Shown here in pieces: positions 7,918-17,886 of a stretch of DNA of 37,980 nt. Source of the DNA: a virus (taxonomy: Duplodnaviria > Caudoviricetes). Location of the stretch: positions 1 through 37,980 of the IMG/VR virus record IMGVR_UViG_3300032301_001725; one strand, 5' to 3'. Under the pieces are notes generated by a model, which was given only the letters and a program-made list of their open reading frames with translations, was not told the DNA's origin and ran no database searches. The position numbers and the translations under genes were made by a program. How positions within the stretch are numbered: position 1 is the first letter of the stretch; every line of letters starts with the position of its first letter.

Positions 7918-10900
7918 TTAACTTATCCAAAAAATATTTGCTTCTAGCACGCCTGGCTCACCTTTGACTCTCTTAATTTTTTCAGTAACAGAGATTGTGC
8001 CGCAATCGTAGCAATATGTTTTATTCTCGTGCCTAGATGCTGTGCGTGAACTACAGGCCGGGCATATCATTCCAGCAGGGAGTTTGTGAGCTGATAACTT
8101 ATCAAAGTTTTCTGAAAGTGCTTCAACATAAACATCCGCCGATGTGCGATAAGCAATTTTTGTCATCACCTTGCGGCTAGAGGCCATTGCTGGGGCTGCC
8201 GGTGCAGGAGCGGCTCCAGCGGGTGGGAATCCAGCGTCAAGTCCAACTTCTCCAGATCCAGCAGGACCGCCTACCGGTGGCATAGGTGCCGCCGCAGGAT
8301 CGGCCATAGCATCATCGGGACCTTCCTGATTTTGCTCATCGCCGCCAGCCACTTCTACAATAAACTTATATTTGAGTTGTGCGTTGCATGAGTTACATGT
8401 GCCTTCACCGTTTGCAACATCTACATCTTTGCTTCCGCACTGAGGACATATTGTTCCCCACGGCGACTTGGTGCCTGGCTCTGGAGAGTCATTAATCGGA
8501 GAGTCACTAGGAGCTGATTCATCACCTCCTGTCAGTGAACCAAGACCCAAATCTGCTGGCCCACCTGCCATTCCAGCGCCCATTCCGCCTGTAGGGTCAG
8601 TTGGTGCTGCACCTGCGGCAGCCGCTGGCGCAGCAGTTCCACCAGGCATACCAAATTGTGCCAGACGCATAATGTTATTCATTCTAGCTAAACGCTTCGC
8701 GCTCTTTGCAGAAGCTGACATGATAATCTCGCCTACATTTGGTTCGCTTGGACCGCTTTGTGAAATCGGAAGCTCTGCGATTAATTCTCCAGGGATTGGT
8801 CCGCTTGGTGTCACTGATTTCTCGATTCTGTCTTCGTCAACATAATTCAATCCGGACATAGATTCATTTGGGGACTCTGGACTGAAGTATTTCGTGGCTT
8901 TAGTGCTAACCTTTCCTTGCACTGTGCCGTCTTCACTTACAATGATTTCAGTAAGAGCGAATGTTGTCGGGTCTACTTCGTATCCTGATGTAGACAGAAG
9001 TTGAACCGCGAAATCTCTGAATTTTTGATTAAATGCAGCGTCTTTGACATCAGTTCCAATATCATCAAGCGTACAAGTGATTGTGGTCGCATGTGTCGTT
9101 TCATCAACAACCTGAACATCAGATTTTCTGATCGCTTTGGCCAACACTACTTTGGCAGGCTCACCGTATGAGCAGAATAATTTTGCCGCCAAAGTGATTT
9201 TTTCAGAACTTACACCATGGTGATCCGCCATGTCCGCAAGCCAACCAATAATGTTAGATTTTACATCAGCCTTCGAAGCAGTTTTGACAGCTTTTCGCTT
9301 TGCTCGTTCTGAAGCAGCGAAAGGTGTTCTTGAAGATGAAATTCCTGAGGCCATTTCGTCGGCTGGCATAGAATTAACATTGTTGACAAGTTCGTCTGGT
9401 GAAGCACCGGATTCTTCTCCAGCTAGGCTTAAACCAGTGACAGCGCCTTTAAGCGCATCTTTGTCAGCATCTTCTTCGGTAAGCGCATCTTTCATATCAT
9501 CAGCACGGCCATCTTCTTCTGTTCCTATAATTCCTTTAAGCTTCGATGCCGCTGTTTCAAAATTGTCAGCTATAACCTTAAGCGCCTCAATAATATCGCC
9601 TTCAGATGTTTCTGTGTCTGAGGAGTCGGCTACATCTTTGATGGCTTCCTCTCCCATATCAGGCGGTAGAGCGTCTGGATTGCCCATACCACCAATTATT
9701 CCAGGGTCTCCGCCAGTAGGCGGATTGGCCTGTGCAAATTTGCCCATGACGATACCATATTCTCTAACTTTGGTACCTAATCTTGCCACCTTGAGTAATC
9801 TTCCCATTTCATTAGTGGAGAATTTAGTGAGAAAATTAATTACATCTTCTGGCTTTGAGCTTGTTTTTTGACAGGTTTTAGCAATACCCTTGATGACATT
9901 ACTCATTATTTCTCTACCAGGAAGCGCTGATTTTGCAAAATTTGGGTGAAGCATATCTTCTAGTGATTGTTTTCCTAGTCCAGCTTTGGCGTCTTTGGAG
10001 AGTTCAGTCACAATTCTAACGAGTTCTTTTGTTCTCTTCTCAGAAATCTTTTCGTCAAACGGGGTAAGAAGCTCATCTTTCTTTCTGTGTCCGCTTAAAC
10101 TCTCTTCGTATGTAGTTTCTTTTTTAGGTGCATGATCATTTTCAATTTCAACATTAATTGCGCAAAATTCTTCTGTTTTTTCTGGCTCAAGACTTTCGTT
10201 CATGACCACAAGCGCATCAATTTTATTTTCTGCAGTAGCGGTTTTAACCACTTTGGAAAAATCTTCAAGCAAGTCGCCAGCAACTCGATACCCGTCACCA
10301 TTTTCCATTTGTGCAAGTTGGGCATCCGTAAGATTTGGAGACCAATTTGTGAGACGACCTTGGTGATAACCCTTGATACCTTTATCAGTTGAAAGGACAA
10401 CTCGATTACCAGAGTTGTCGCCCAACTTGATATCGATTGCCAGAGCTACAGAATTTTGCTTTTTATAATCTTGAGCAATTTTTTTGAATTGATCCATAAT
10501 GTTGTTTTCTCCACTAGAAGCTGATGTTTTGTTTTTCTGAGGAAAATCATTAACCACCTCGTTGTTATTCTTTTTAGGCACTTGACATGCCTCCCTTAAG
10601 TTGTCAAGTGCTATGACAAGTTTTGACAATTTTGACAATTTTGTTTCTTTTAATTCAATTTCATCAGGCTCATCATTGGAGGCCCAAATAAACCGAAGAT
10701 TTTTTGAATCAGCACTGACGCCGCCGCCAATCGGCATTACATATGGAGTCTGCGCAAAAGGAGACACCATCGTGCCAACGCTTGGCTGTTCTAGCGTCGC
10801 GTTAACTGCTGGAGGCACGGGTTGTGCACCTGGAGCGGCGGGTTGTGCACCTGCAGGTGGCTGCTGAGGAGCTTCCCCGCCGTTCTGAGGTGGAATCATA

Positions 10901-13260
10901 GGCTGAGTGTTCTTTGAGTCAGCAGATTCGATGCCATCGTCAATCATATCTTGCAAGGTATTTTGAAGTTCGCCCATAGCTTTTGTTAGCTTGGCAACGT
11001 GAGCAAGATCAATATTGTCTTTTCTTGAGAAAAGATTTAAAACCGCTACTTCCAGAAAGTTAAGCGCAAGATTAACTAGGTCAAGAATATTTAAACTACT
11101 GCTCGGGTCTATACCCAGACCCTGCAATATTTTAACAACTGTGGCATTTTGTGAACCGGCACCTCCCAGAAGTTGACCACCAACCAGAGTTCCTGCGGTT
11201 TGGGCGATTTTGATGATACTATAGTTGAGATTTCTTAATTGCCTTAACGCCTGTTCTACATCTCTTTTATCTTGAATATTTTCATTCAGAGATGCGGCAA
11301 GAGTGATTGAAGAATTTAACGACTGTGCTGTTTTGATTGTGTCTTTAGCTTTTTGTAGTAATTCGTCTTGATCGTAAAGTTCGAGAATTTCGCAGGACTC
11401 AAAAGCACCATCACCAACACAAGATAATTCTATAAATTTAATACCAAAATTATATTCAAAGGCTTTTTTGCCAGAAACCGGATCGTTTTTTCCCTTGTAA
11501 TTTTTGAGATGTGAGCAATAATCTTTTTCTGTGGTGGCTTCATTGCCGCAGATAGAGCATTTTCCTAAATCGACAGAACAGTTTTTAGATATAAAGTTAT
11601 GTGCAAGGTAATTACCAGATTGTGTCTGGAAAGTGTAAACTTTTTGTTGCTTTATAGGAATTTCTTCAATTGAAATTATTCTTCTCGCAAGAAAGTTTTT
11701 GTATGTGTGTTTATTTTTGTTGAGTGCACTCGAACAAATGGTCTTGTGAAGATAGCCTTCTAGCTCACATGTAGAGTAAGAAGGAATTTGAATGATACAT
11801 TGAGGATGAAAATCCTCAAACGACTTCAGATCGATATAGTCGAATCTTTTGTTTTTGTATGAGAAATAACAAGAGTGGAAAATACCAAGTCTCGATAAAA
11901 TAAATGACATTTGATCAAAAAGATCAACTGAAATTGTTGTAACTCTTAAATAAATATTGCCATTTCTTTTGTCTAAAGTTGAAGTTCCATCGCCATCAAT
12001 CCAGGCTCCAATAATAGATTTTTGTATATCATATGGTGCCATCAACCACTTTGCATTTAATTTCTTTTTAGAAGACCATCTTCCACAATTATCAAAAAAC
12101 CAATTTTTTAAGTTTTCATTTGTAATAGATACTCTGCAATAATTTTCTGCTTTTGGTACACGAATTTTTGCTTCTAAATTAAATTCTTCTCTAATTAAGT
12201 CTACAACTTCTTGTGCATAAGTGTCTTTTTCGGATATATTGAAAGTTAAATGAATTCTGTTTCGATGATAGTTTGAATCATAGCTGCCTTCAGCCAAGAA
12301 ATATCCTATTAATTTAGCTCGATTTTTATTGAAATCTTCATCTTCAATTACAGTGCCTCCAATTGGTGAGAGAAACACATCGCCTGGTTTTAAATTTTCT
12401 AGCCTAATGTAATCTGGAGATATTTCATTTTCTACCCATTTTGATAATTTTTTACCATTTGTGTCTTTTGGTCTTTTAAGTGATTTTCTTTCATTCCATT
12501 GTTCTTTAGTAAAAGTTAGAAATGGATGATAATCAGTACATTTAATTTGGTGCCCACCCTCTAAAGTCACAAGATGTATTTTTTCAAAATGATCATATTC
12601 TTGTGAATTAACAATATCTACTAAATTGCCATTTGTGTCAAACAACTGATCTTTTTCATTTACATCAATTATTTTCTTGAAACCATTAGATGTTGGGATC
12701 TTTGTGTTTCCATCAAAACATCCCATTGAAACGTCCCTGATGTATGCTTGTCTTACTCCTCTGGCGATCTCTGGGTAAGCGTCTTCATCTATGAAAAATA
12801 CACAATAGACACATTTTTCTTCATCATCCCATTCAGCGTAGACAACCATGCCTTTTGCTTCTTCAATGTTGTCATTTTTGTGATTGGTGTAAATGGGCAC
12901 ACCTTCGAAAGTTTTATACGCGGGCATTTTTTTGCCCTGGTAATCCATCTCTTTTGTTAATTCTTCTTCGCTAAAATAGTCACCGTTGGTATTGACTATG
13001 TTTGCGTCTATAGCACGGGCTCTAACCCAAAGAAGATTTGCCCCCTTTCGGGCTTTCATTTCTTTTATGATATCAAAATCTTTGTATCTTTCTAAAACTT
13101 CATCTGCATTGGCATAGAGAGATTGAAGTCCTACTTTAGCGGCTTGTTTAATGGATGAAGAAGTTTTGATTAAAGCATTTTCCATCAAAACTGTTCTATC
13201 TGTGTCTTTTAGCAAAGAAACAACTGATAACATTCCTCCGCTTATGCCTCTTTTGACCAT
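7918..13260 (-). CDS. Prohead maturation protease polyprotein (HK97/assemblin-type protease, intein, long core region, C-terminal Zn ribbons)
   Basis: NTNGDYF, PIYTNH (His), DVSMG/C (Ser), CSIC..CSH and FIELSCVGDGA protease-like motifs; position between portal and scaffold. Confidence 0.8.
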   Translation of the reverse strand: MVKRGISGGMLSVVSLLKDTDRTVLMENALIKTSSSIKQAAKVGLQSLYANADEVLERYKDFDIIKEMKARKGANLLWVRARAIDANIVNTNGDYFSEEELTKEMDYQGKKMPAYKTFEGVPIYTNHKNDNIEEAKGMVVYAEWDDEEKCVYCVFFIDEDAYPEIARGVRQAYIRDVSMGCFDGNTKIPTSNGFKKIIDVNEKDQLFDTNGNLVDIVNSQEYDHFEKIHLVTLEGGHQIKCTDYHPFLTFTKEQWNERKSLKRPKDTNGKKLSKWVENEISPDYIRLENLKPGDVFLSPIGGTVIEDEDFNKNRAKLIGYFLAEGSYDSNYHRNRIHLTFNISEKDTYAQEVVDLIREEFNLEAKIRVPKAENYCRVSITNENLKNWFFDNCGRWSSKKKLNAKWLMAPYDIQKSIIGAWIDGDGTSTLDKRNGNIYLRVTTISVDLFDQMSFILSRLGIFHSCYFSYKNKRFDYIDLKSFEDFHPQCIIQIPSYSTCELEGYLHKTICSSALNKNKHTYKNFLARRIISIEEIPIKQQKVYTFQTQSGNYLAHNFISKNCSVDLGKCSICGNEATTEKDYCSHLKNYKGKNDPVSGKKAFEYNFGIKFIELSCVGDGAFESCEILELYDQDELLQKAKDTIKTAQSLNSSITLAASLNENIQDKRDVEQALRQLRNLNYSIIKIAQTAGTLVGGQLLGGAGSQNATVVKILQGLGIDPSSSLNILDLVNLALNFLEVAVLNLFSRKDNIDLAHVAKLTKAMGELQNTLQDMIDDGIESADSKNTQPMIPPQNGGEAPQQPPAGAQPAAPGAQPVPPAVNATLEQPSVGTMVSPFAQTPYVMPIGGGVSADSKNLRFIWASNDEPDEIELKETKLSKLSKLVIALDNLREACQVPKKNNNEVVNDFPQKNKTSASSGENNIMDQFKKIAQDYKKQNSVALAIDIKLGDNSGNRVVLSTDKGIKGYHQGRLTNWSPNLTDAQLAQMENGDGYRVAGDLLEDFSKVVKTATAENKIDALVVMNESLEPEKTEEFCAINVEIENDHAPKKETTYEESLSGHRKKDELLTPFDEKISEKRTKELVRIVTELSKDAKAGLGKQSLEDMLHPNFAKSALPGREIMSNVIKGIAKTCQKTSSKPEDVINFLTKFSTNEMGRLLKVARLGTKVREYGIVMGKFAQANPPTGGDPGIIGGMGNPDALPPDMGEEAIKDVADSSDTETSEGDIIEALKVIADNFETAASKLKGIIGTEEDGRADDMKDALTEEDADKDALKGAVTGLSLAGEESGASPDELVNNVNSMPADEMASGISSSRTPFAASERAKRKAVKTASKADVKSNIIGWLADMADHHGVSSEKITLAAKLFCSYGEPAKVVLAKAIRKSDVQVVDETTHATTITCTLDDIGTDVKDAAFNQKFRDFAVQLLSTSGYEVDPTTFALTEIIVSEDGTVQGKVSTKATKYFSPESPNESMSGLNYVDEDRIEKSVTPSGPIPGELIAELPISQSGPSEPNVGEIIMSASAKSAKRLARMNNIMRLAQFGMPGGTAAPAAAAGAAPTDPTGGMGAGMAGGPADLGLGSLTGGDESAPSDSPINDSPEPGTKSPWGTICPQCGSKDVDVANGEGTCNSCNAQLKYKFIVEVAGGDEQNQEGPDDAMADPAAAPMPPVGGPAGSGEVGLDAGFPPAGAAPAPAAPAMASSRKVMTKIAYRTSADVYVEALSENFDKLSAHKLPAGMICPACSSRTASRHENKTYCYDCGTISVTEKIKRVKGEPGVLEANIFWIS
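11581..12720 (-). mobile_element. Intein (380 aa) with LAGLIDADG endonuclease in the prohead protease
   Basis: Starts CFDGNT; block B CTDYHPF; LIGYFLAEGS and IIGAWIDGDG motifs; block F VYTF; ends NFISKN followed by Cys+1. Confidence 0.92.
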
Positions 13261-13270
13261 GTATTTACAA

Positions 13271-13296
13271 TTTCTTTAACATTGGTATCCACTCCT
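13271..13296 (-). promoter_or_regulatory. Candidate SigH-type late promoter AGGA-N18-GAAA
   Basis: 10 nt upstream of the protease ATG, which has no nearby SD. Confidence 0.6.
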
Positions 13297-13334
13297 TGCC
13301 TAAATTAAATAAATTACAGGAAAGAAGTGGATTC

Positions 13335-15662
13335 TTAGACTACTCCGCCGCCGGTATGAGCGCCAAGCAGCTTTTGAAGAGCTTGTTTGATAACCATTGC
13401 AACCTCTTGCGGCTGTTTTTCAATCTCTTTGTCCGTGAACCTCAATATTGTCCATCCTTGTTGCGCAAGGCTCATGTCTCTTTGCTTATCTTGGGCAATT
13501 TTATTTGGATTATTGTGCCAGATTTCACCATCGGCTTCTACGGCTAATTTTATAGCAGGAAAAGCGCCATCAAGGGTGTAGTTTTTAGACGGTCCTGCTT
13601 CGTATTGAGCGTAGAAAGCCAACGGCACATTCATGGACATAACTAGTTTATAGAGTTTCTTTTCAAGGCCAGTATAGCCATGCATTATATTTTTTCGTTG
13701 AACCGCAGATGTTCTGACTTCTTTCTCTGCCAAATAACCCAATGGCTCTCCAATCGGCGTATATTCCCACGGGGTTGCTTCACCTAAAGTTTCTGGAATT
13801 TCGCCGCACCAGCCGCGACCATTCACAGCAAATCGCTCATTTAACTCTCTGTCAATATCATTCAGGAACTCTCTCGTGTCCATTTTTGCTGCAGTATTTC
13901 TGTTAAAATAAATTTCATTCATAATCTCTGCGGCAAATCTATATTGTTTATATAGGTTTTTGGCGGTTGGTGCAGGGGCCGCTGGTGGCATAGCACCGCC
14001 AGCTCCAGGAGCACCTGCATCGGGCATCGGCGCACCCGGCATTCCACCTATGTCTGGTCCGCCTGTGAGGGGCTGATTTACCGCGCCGATGCCGAAGCCC
14101 TGACCACTGACTCCGCCGAATCCAATGTTCATATCAGTATCCATGATATCTGTTGAATTGACAAAATTCATGCCCTGCTCGAACCGAAGCCTTTCTACTT
14201 CTTGGTCCCAATCTAGGTCCATAGCTTCAACTAATGTTTGTGCCGAGATAGCGCCATTTTGTTGAGCAGTGACCATTGTTTGTAGTACACCGGTATTATC
14301 CTTGAGCTTTAAGTTGTCGAATTTAATCGTTGGATAAATTAGCTCTTTTTGGCCGCCTTCACCGGTAGTGTAAAATTCGTTCCATTCTGCAACCTGCTTG
14401 AAAAGCTTTTCTTCAACCCACTGGGCCACTTCTCGTCGCCAAGTTTCCAATCTCTCGTTCATGGACATAAGGCCAACCTGAGCGTTGCCATAGTTAGGTC
14501 CTTCTCCATTCAGCAATGACTTATTGAGCATTAAGCCATCGAGAGCTTCCTGGTCTAGCAACTCATGCTCATTTGAAGTTTGCAAAATCTGACTACTAGC
14601 GCCTACAAACTCTAGCTTGAACGCATGTGGTGTAACTAAGGTAAGATTTGGATCATTGGCAACAGCTGACAATTGATCTTGAACAGAATCTAAATCCTCT
14701 TGAGACGCTGGACGATTTTCATCACCAACTGTAACAATTTTAATAGGGATAATTAATCGTTCCGCAATTAGCCATTGTGCTTGACGAAGCTTATCCTTGT
14801 AGGCCAGCGTGACAAATAATGGCCTGACTATCGATGTTCCGTAATCTGCCCAGGCGTCAGCAGCGTGTTTAAAATGATGAATACACGCAGGATTTAACGG
14901 GATCGGAGTTTGTTTCGCAATCATGACTTTAACATCATCAGGTATTGCATCGAATAATTTTCTTGGCTGTCGATCCATAACCACTTTAATTTGTTGTGGA
15001 GACGGTAAGTAAGAATACATTGGCTCAGCATCCATAAAGCCAGCACTGACCTCGACAGAATCAGGATTTAATAATGATATTGACTTCCATGTAGCGCCTT
15101 TGTGACCGCATTCTTCGCCTGTCTTAGGATCAACCATTGATCCTTTGCAGATCGGACAGTCGATAGAAGTAAACACGAATGCATCACCATATGTGTGATA
15201 AGAGTTTGAAATTTCTGGCAACCATTTTTGGAAATTAAGTTTTTGAATTAGTTTTTCAAAATAGTCTTTGACCACTGCGGACTTACATTCTAGTTTCCAT
15301 CCGTTAAATGGAAAATTTCGATAGAAGTTTATACCCGCAGCAACTTTTGGATCATTTGTGCGCCACCAGTTTGCCCAAAGATAAACTTCTTTTCTTGTGT
15401 TGGGGACCTGGAACGAGGATGGAGTAAGAAACGGAGAATAAAAGTTTGGCTGAGTTTGGGTATTATTTATGCTACCGCCGCCGTACATTTGTGCTGCTCT
15501 TGTTGCATTTATTGAAACTGCACGGCCCATTTGTGCTGTTCGTATTTGAGCATAATTTCTATGTCCACCGCCGCTATTTTTATTATTTGTCTTATTTACA
15601 ACTTCTCTCGCAGCGCTAGTCATAACTGATGCAAGAGAAGGGATGTTATTTGATTTTTCCAA
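13335..15662 (-). CDS. Portal protein with Cys insertion and C-terminal DUF559/Vsr-like endonuclease domain
   Basis: TTG start with AAGGAG SD; portal-like YGDAF, LLNPD, YGTSIVRP and PTIKFD motifs; C-terminus LDGAFPAIKLAVEADGEIWH...DKQRD..L.QQGWTILRF matches the DUF559 pattern. Confidence 0.8.
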   Translation of the reverse strand: MEKSNNIPSLASVMTSAAREVVNKTNNKNSGGGHRNYAQIRTAQMGRAVSINATRAAQMYGGGSINNTQTQPNFYSPFLTPSSFQVPNTRKEVYLWANWWRTNDPKVAAGINFYRNFPFNGWKLECKSAVVKDYFEKLIQKLNFQKWLPEISNSYHTYGDAFVFTSIDCPICKGSMVDPKTGEECGHKGATWKSISLLNPDSVEVSAGFMDAEPMYSYLPSPQQIKVVMDRQPRKLFDAIPDDVKVMIAKQTPIPLNPACIHHFKHAADAWADYGTSIVRPLFVTLAYKDKLRQAQWLIAERLIIPIKIVTVGDENRPASQEDLDSVQDQLSAVANDPNLTLVTPHAFKLEFVGASSQILQTSNEHELLDQEALDGLMLNKSLLNGEGPNYGNAQVGLMSMNERLETWRREVAQWVEEKLFKQVAEWNEFYTTGEGGQKELIYPTIKFDNLKLKDNTGVLQTMVTAQQNGAISAQTLVEAMDLDWDQEVERLRFEQGMNFVNSTDIMDTDMNIGFGGVSGQGFGIGAVNQPLTGGPDIGGMPGAPMPDAGAPGAGGAMPPAAPAPTAKNLYKQYRFAAEIMNEIYFNRNTAAKMDTREFLNDIDRELNERFAVNGRGWCGEIPETLGEATPWEYTPIGEPLGYLAEKEVRTSAVQRKNIMHGYTGLEKKLYKLVMSMNVPLAFYAQYEAGPSKNYTLDGAFPAIKLAVEADGEIWHNNPNKIAQDKQRDMSLAQQGWTILRFTDKEIEKQPQEVAMVIKQALQKLLGAHTGGGVV

Positions 15663-15700
15663 AATTTACTCCTTATTCTGTTTTACAACTTTTGCAATAA

Positions 15701-15991
15701 TTAATTCCAAGCCGTTGGTTTAATGAAATTATCTCCACCCTCCGGCATATTGTTGTCAATGTGCGATTTAGAGTTGTATAGAGCACCTTGTCCACTAGCT
15801 TTCATGGTATCTGGCACGGAATTAAGCATTTGTGTGACTGGAAAACTAAATGGCTTATTTGCTAGCTGTTCACTCAATTGCTCTTCAATTGTTTCTTCCT
15901 CTTCTGGCTCTTCCGGAAAATGATCGTGAATGCTTGGATTTGCTTTTTCTATAAACTCAATATAATCTTTGGCCAATTTGTACCATGACAT
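15701..15991 (-). CDS. Hypothetical head-module protein
   Basis: 96 aa, begins MSWYKLA; tightly packed in the operon. Confidence 0.7.
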   Translation of the reverse strand: MSWYKLAKDYIEFIEKANPSIHDHFPEEPEEEETIEEQLSEQLANKPFSFPVTQMLNSVPDTMKASGQGALYNSKSHIDNNMPEGGDNFIKPTAWN

Positions 15992-15995
15992 GATA

Positions 15996-17048
15996 TTATT
16001 CGCCTAAAGACTTCCTGATTTCTTCTTCTAGCGTATCTAAATCATTATCGTCAAAAGCTTCTCTCGCGTCATTTAGAAGCACTTCAATTGCAGAATCAGT
16101 CATGATATTAGTTTTTTTAGCAGGAGCCTCTTTTTTGACATCCGTTTTTTTGCGCTTGGCTTCTAATTGTGCTTCCCAAGATTCTTTTGTGTTTGCGCTA
16201 TTTTCTCGTTTAATCCTAGAATCCTGCGAATCCTGATCCGACATCGGGAACTTGGTTCTTTCTCCATCCTGCAATTGCATATATTCGATCTCAGATTTGC
16301 CATCGTTATACGCCATTCGCTCTCCAGCATTTAAAGCTTGACTTTGAGTAACCATTGTGTCATTAAGCCATTTTAGGTAGTTACATGAAACATTTCCATC
16401 ACGATGTAACTTAGCATCTATACAGTGCTCTCGGCAGTTAGAAAGAGCCATCGGTCTTGGGCTGCCCCAAATATAAATCCCCTTTGGACATAATTGATAT
16501 GCTTCACCGTCTTGATTTTTAACAGTTACAAATGCTGTTCTGGTGTTATTTTTAGTACCGGAAAAAACATTTCTTATAGTCTCTGAAGCATTTTCAAGTT
16601 TATTTTGAATGACATGGTTGTATGCCTCAGATAAAGCCTTCTTTCTTTCAATTCCGTCTGCATACTTTGCTAAGAAGTTAATCAGGTTAGCAGCTTTAAC
16701 TTGGCAATCAAAGCTGCTTTCCGTTTTCATTTCCATAGTTACGTTCTCAAGCTTAACAGCTTCGTTATTAGCTGAGCGTGCGCCCTGAATAAGATTAAAT
16801 GCTTTTCTTAAGCCGTAGTTCACAACTTCAGATTTAATTGATGCAAATTTTTTGGCTAATACATCTGGATCAGCTGAAGCGTATTTCTCTGATTTAAATC
16901 CTTCTGGAAAAGAAGAATAAAACGCTTTTACGATTATATCATCTTGGTTAAAATCGGTAGGCGACAAAGTTTTAGCTTCTTCTAAAACACTTAATTTTTT
17001 TGAAGCTTTCACAATTGTTATAACATCTGTTCCAGTGAGTTTTTTCAT
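15996..17048 (-). CDS. Hypothetical head-module protein with Cys cluster
   Basis: 350 aa; CPKG..CREHC..CNY; several K-x-A motifs. Confidence 0.75.
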   Translation of the reverse strand: MKKLTGTDVITIVKASKKLSVLEEAKTLSPTDFNQDDIIVKAFYSSFPEGFKSEKYASADPDVLAKKFASIKSEVVNYGLRKAFNLIQGARSANNEAVKLENVTMEMKTESSFDCQVKAANLINFLAKYADGIERKKALSEAYNHVIQNKLENASETIRNVFSGTKNNTRTAFVTVKNQDGEAYQLCPKGIYIWGSPRPMALSNCREHCIDAKLHRDGNVSCNYLKWLNDTMVTQSQALNAGERMAYNDGKSEIEYMQLQDGERTKFPMSDQDSQDSRIKRENSANTKESWEAQLEAKRKKTDVKKEAPAKKTNIMTDSAIEVLLNDAREAFDDNDLDTLEEEIRKSLGE

Positions 17049-17052
17049 AATC

Positions 17053-17886
17053 TTATTTTAAAAGCGCATTTAAATCCGCTTCACCCATTCCTCTTTTTGT
17101 TAATTCAGAGCGAATGTTTCTAATCATTGTTTTAACCCCAGACCGGTCTTCAACCTCTTTAACGTCTGCTCTTTGTGGTGTAACTTTCATGAGAGAGTTT
17201 AGCCAAAGAATCGAAGTGATTAATTCTGGTGTTGATTTTTGGCTGTAGTCTTTTGCATCAACGCGCGGCCATTCAGGGGCATCCTGCAGTAAAGTTTGTG
17301 CTTCTTTTTTGTTACCCTTAGATTTTAAGTGCTTTTTCTTATTGTATTCTTTAACAATTTTGATTGACTTTTCAATTGTTTCTTCGTTCCATATTTTTTC
17401 TTTCACTAAGAATCGCACGATGTCTCTGCGCTCCAGGCCGTGATCAAGCATTTTTCCTACTTTACCCATCAATACTCTGAAAGGATTTCCGCGCGATTTT
17501 TTCTTATCGTCTTTATTGGCAGGAGGAGCTTTGCTTTGCGAATATTTTTCAAAATTAAAAGACACTTCGCTGACTCGCTCGCCGCTTCTCAGTTCGTCAA
17601 TGAGATCCTGGATTAGTTTGTTAGTGTTCATGCTAAAATTACCACTCGATTGAATATTTGGGTCGTCAAATTGTGGATTTTTAATTTGAGCGCCGTTCGA
17701 AAGTGAATTTGGGGTGTCAGTAGAATTGATGATTTCATTCATTTTCATGCTGATCTCTGGTGAACTCACTCTGCTTCCGAGATTTTCAAGATGTCTCTTT
17801 TTTTGATCATCAGGCAATGATCGACATTTTTGCAATATATCGATCATTTCTTTGACTGGAACACCAGATTGAGAAAATTTATTCAT
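17053..17886 (-). CDS. Hypothetical head-module protein
   Basis: Start more likely MNKFSQ (ATG 17886, overlapping the upstream stop) than 17907. Confidence 0.7.
   Translation of the reverse strand: MNKFSQSGVPVKEMIDILQKCRSLPDDQKKRHLENLGSRVSSPEISMKMNEIINSTDTPNSLSNGAQIKNPQFDDPNIQSSGNFSMNTNKLIQDLIDELRSGERVSEVSFNFEKYSQSKAPPANKDDKKKSRGNPFRVLMGKVGKMLDHGLERRDIVRFLVKEKIWNEETIEKSIKIVKEYNKKKHLKSKGNKKEAQTLLQDAPEWPRVDAKDYSQKSTPELITSILWLNSLMKVTPQRADVKEVEDRSGVKTMIRNIRSELTKRGMGEADLNALLK

Noticed and set aside
8468-10867. Plus-strand ORFs of 86-213 aa, and similar antisense ORFs elsewhere
   Set aside because: These are shadows of long minus-strand genes, with no independent motifs.
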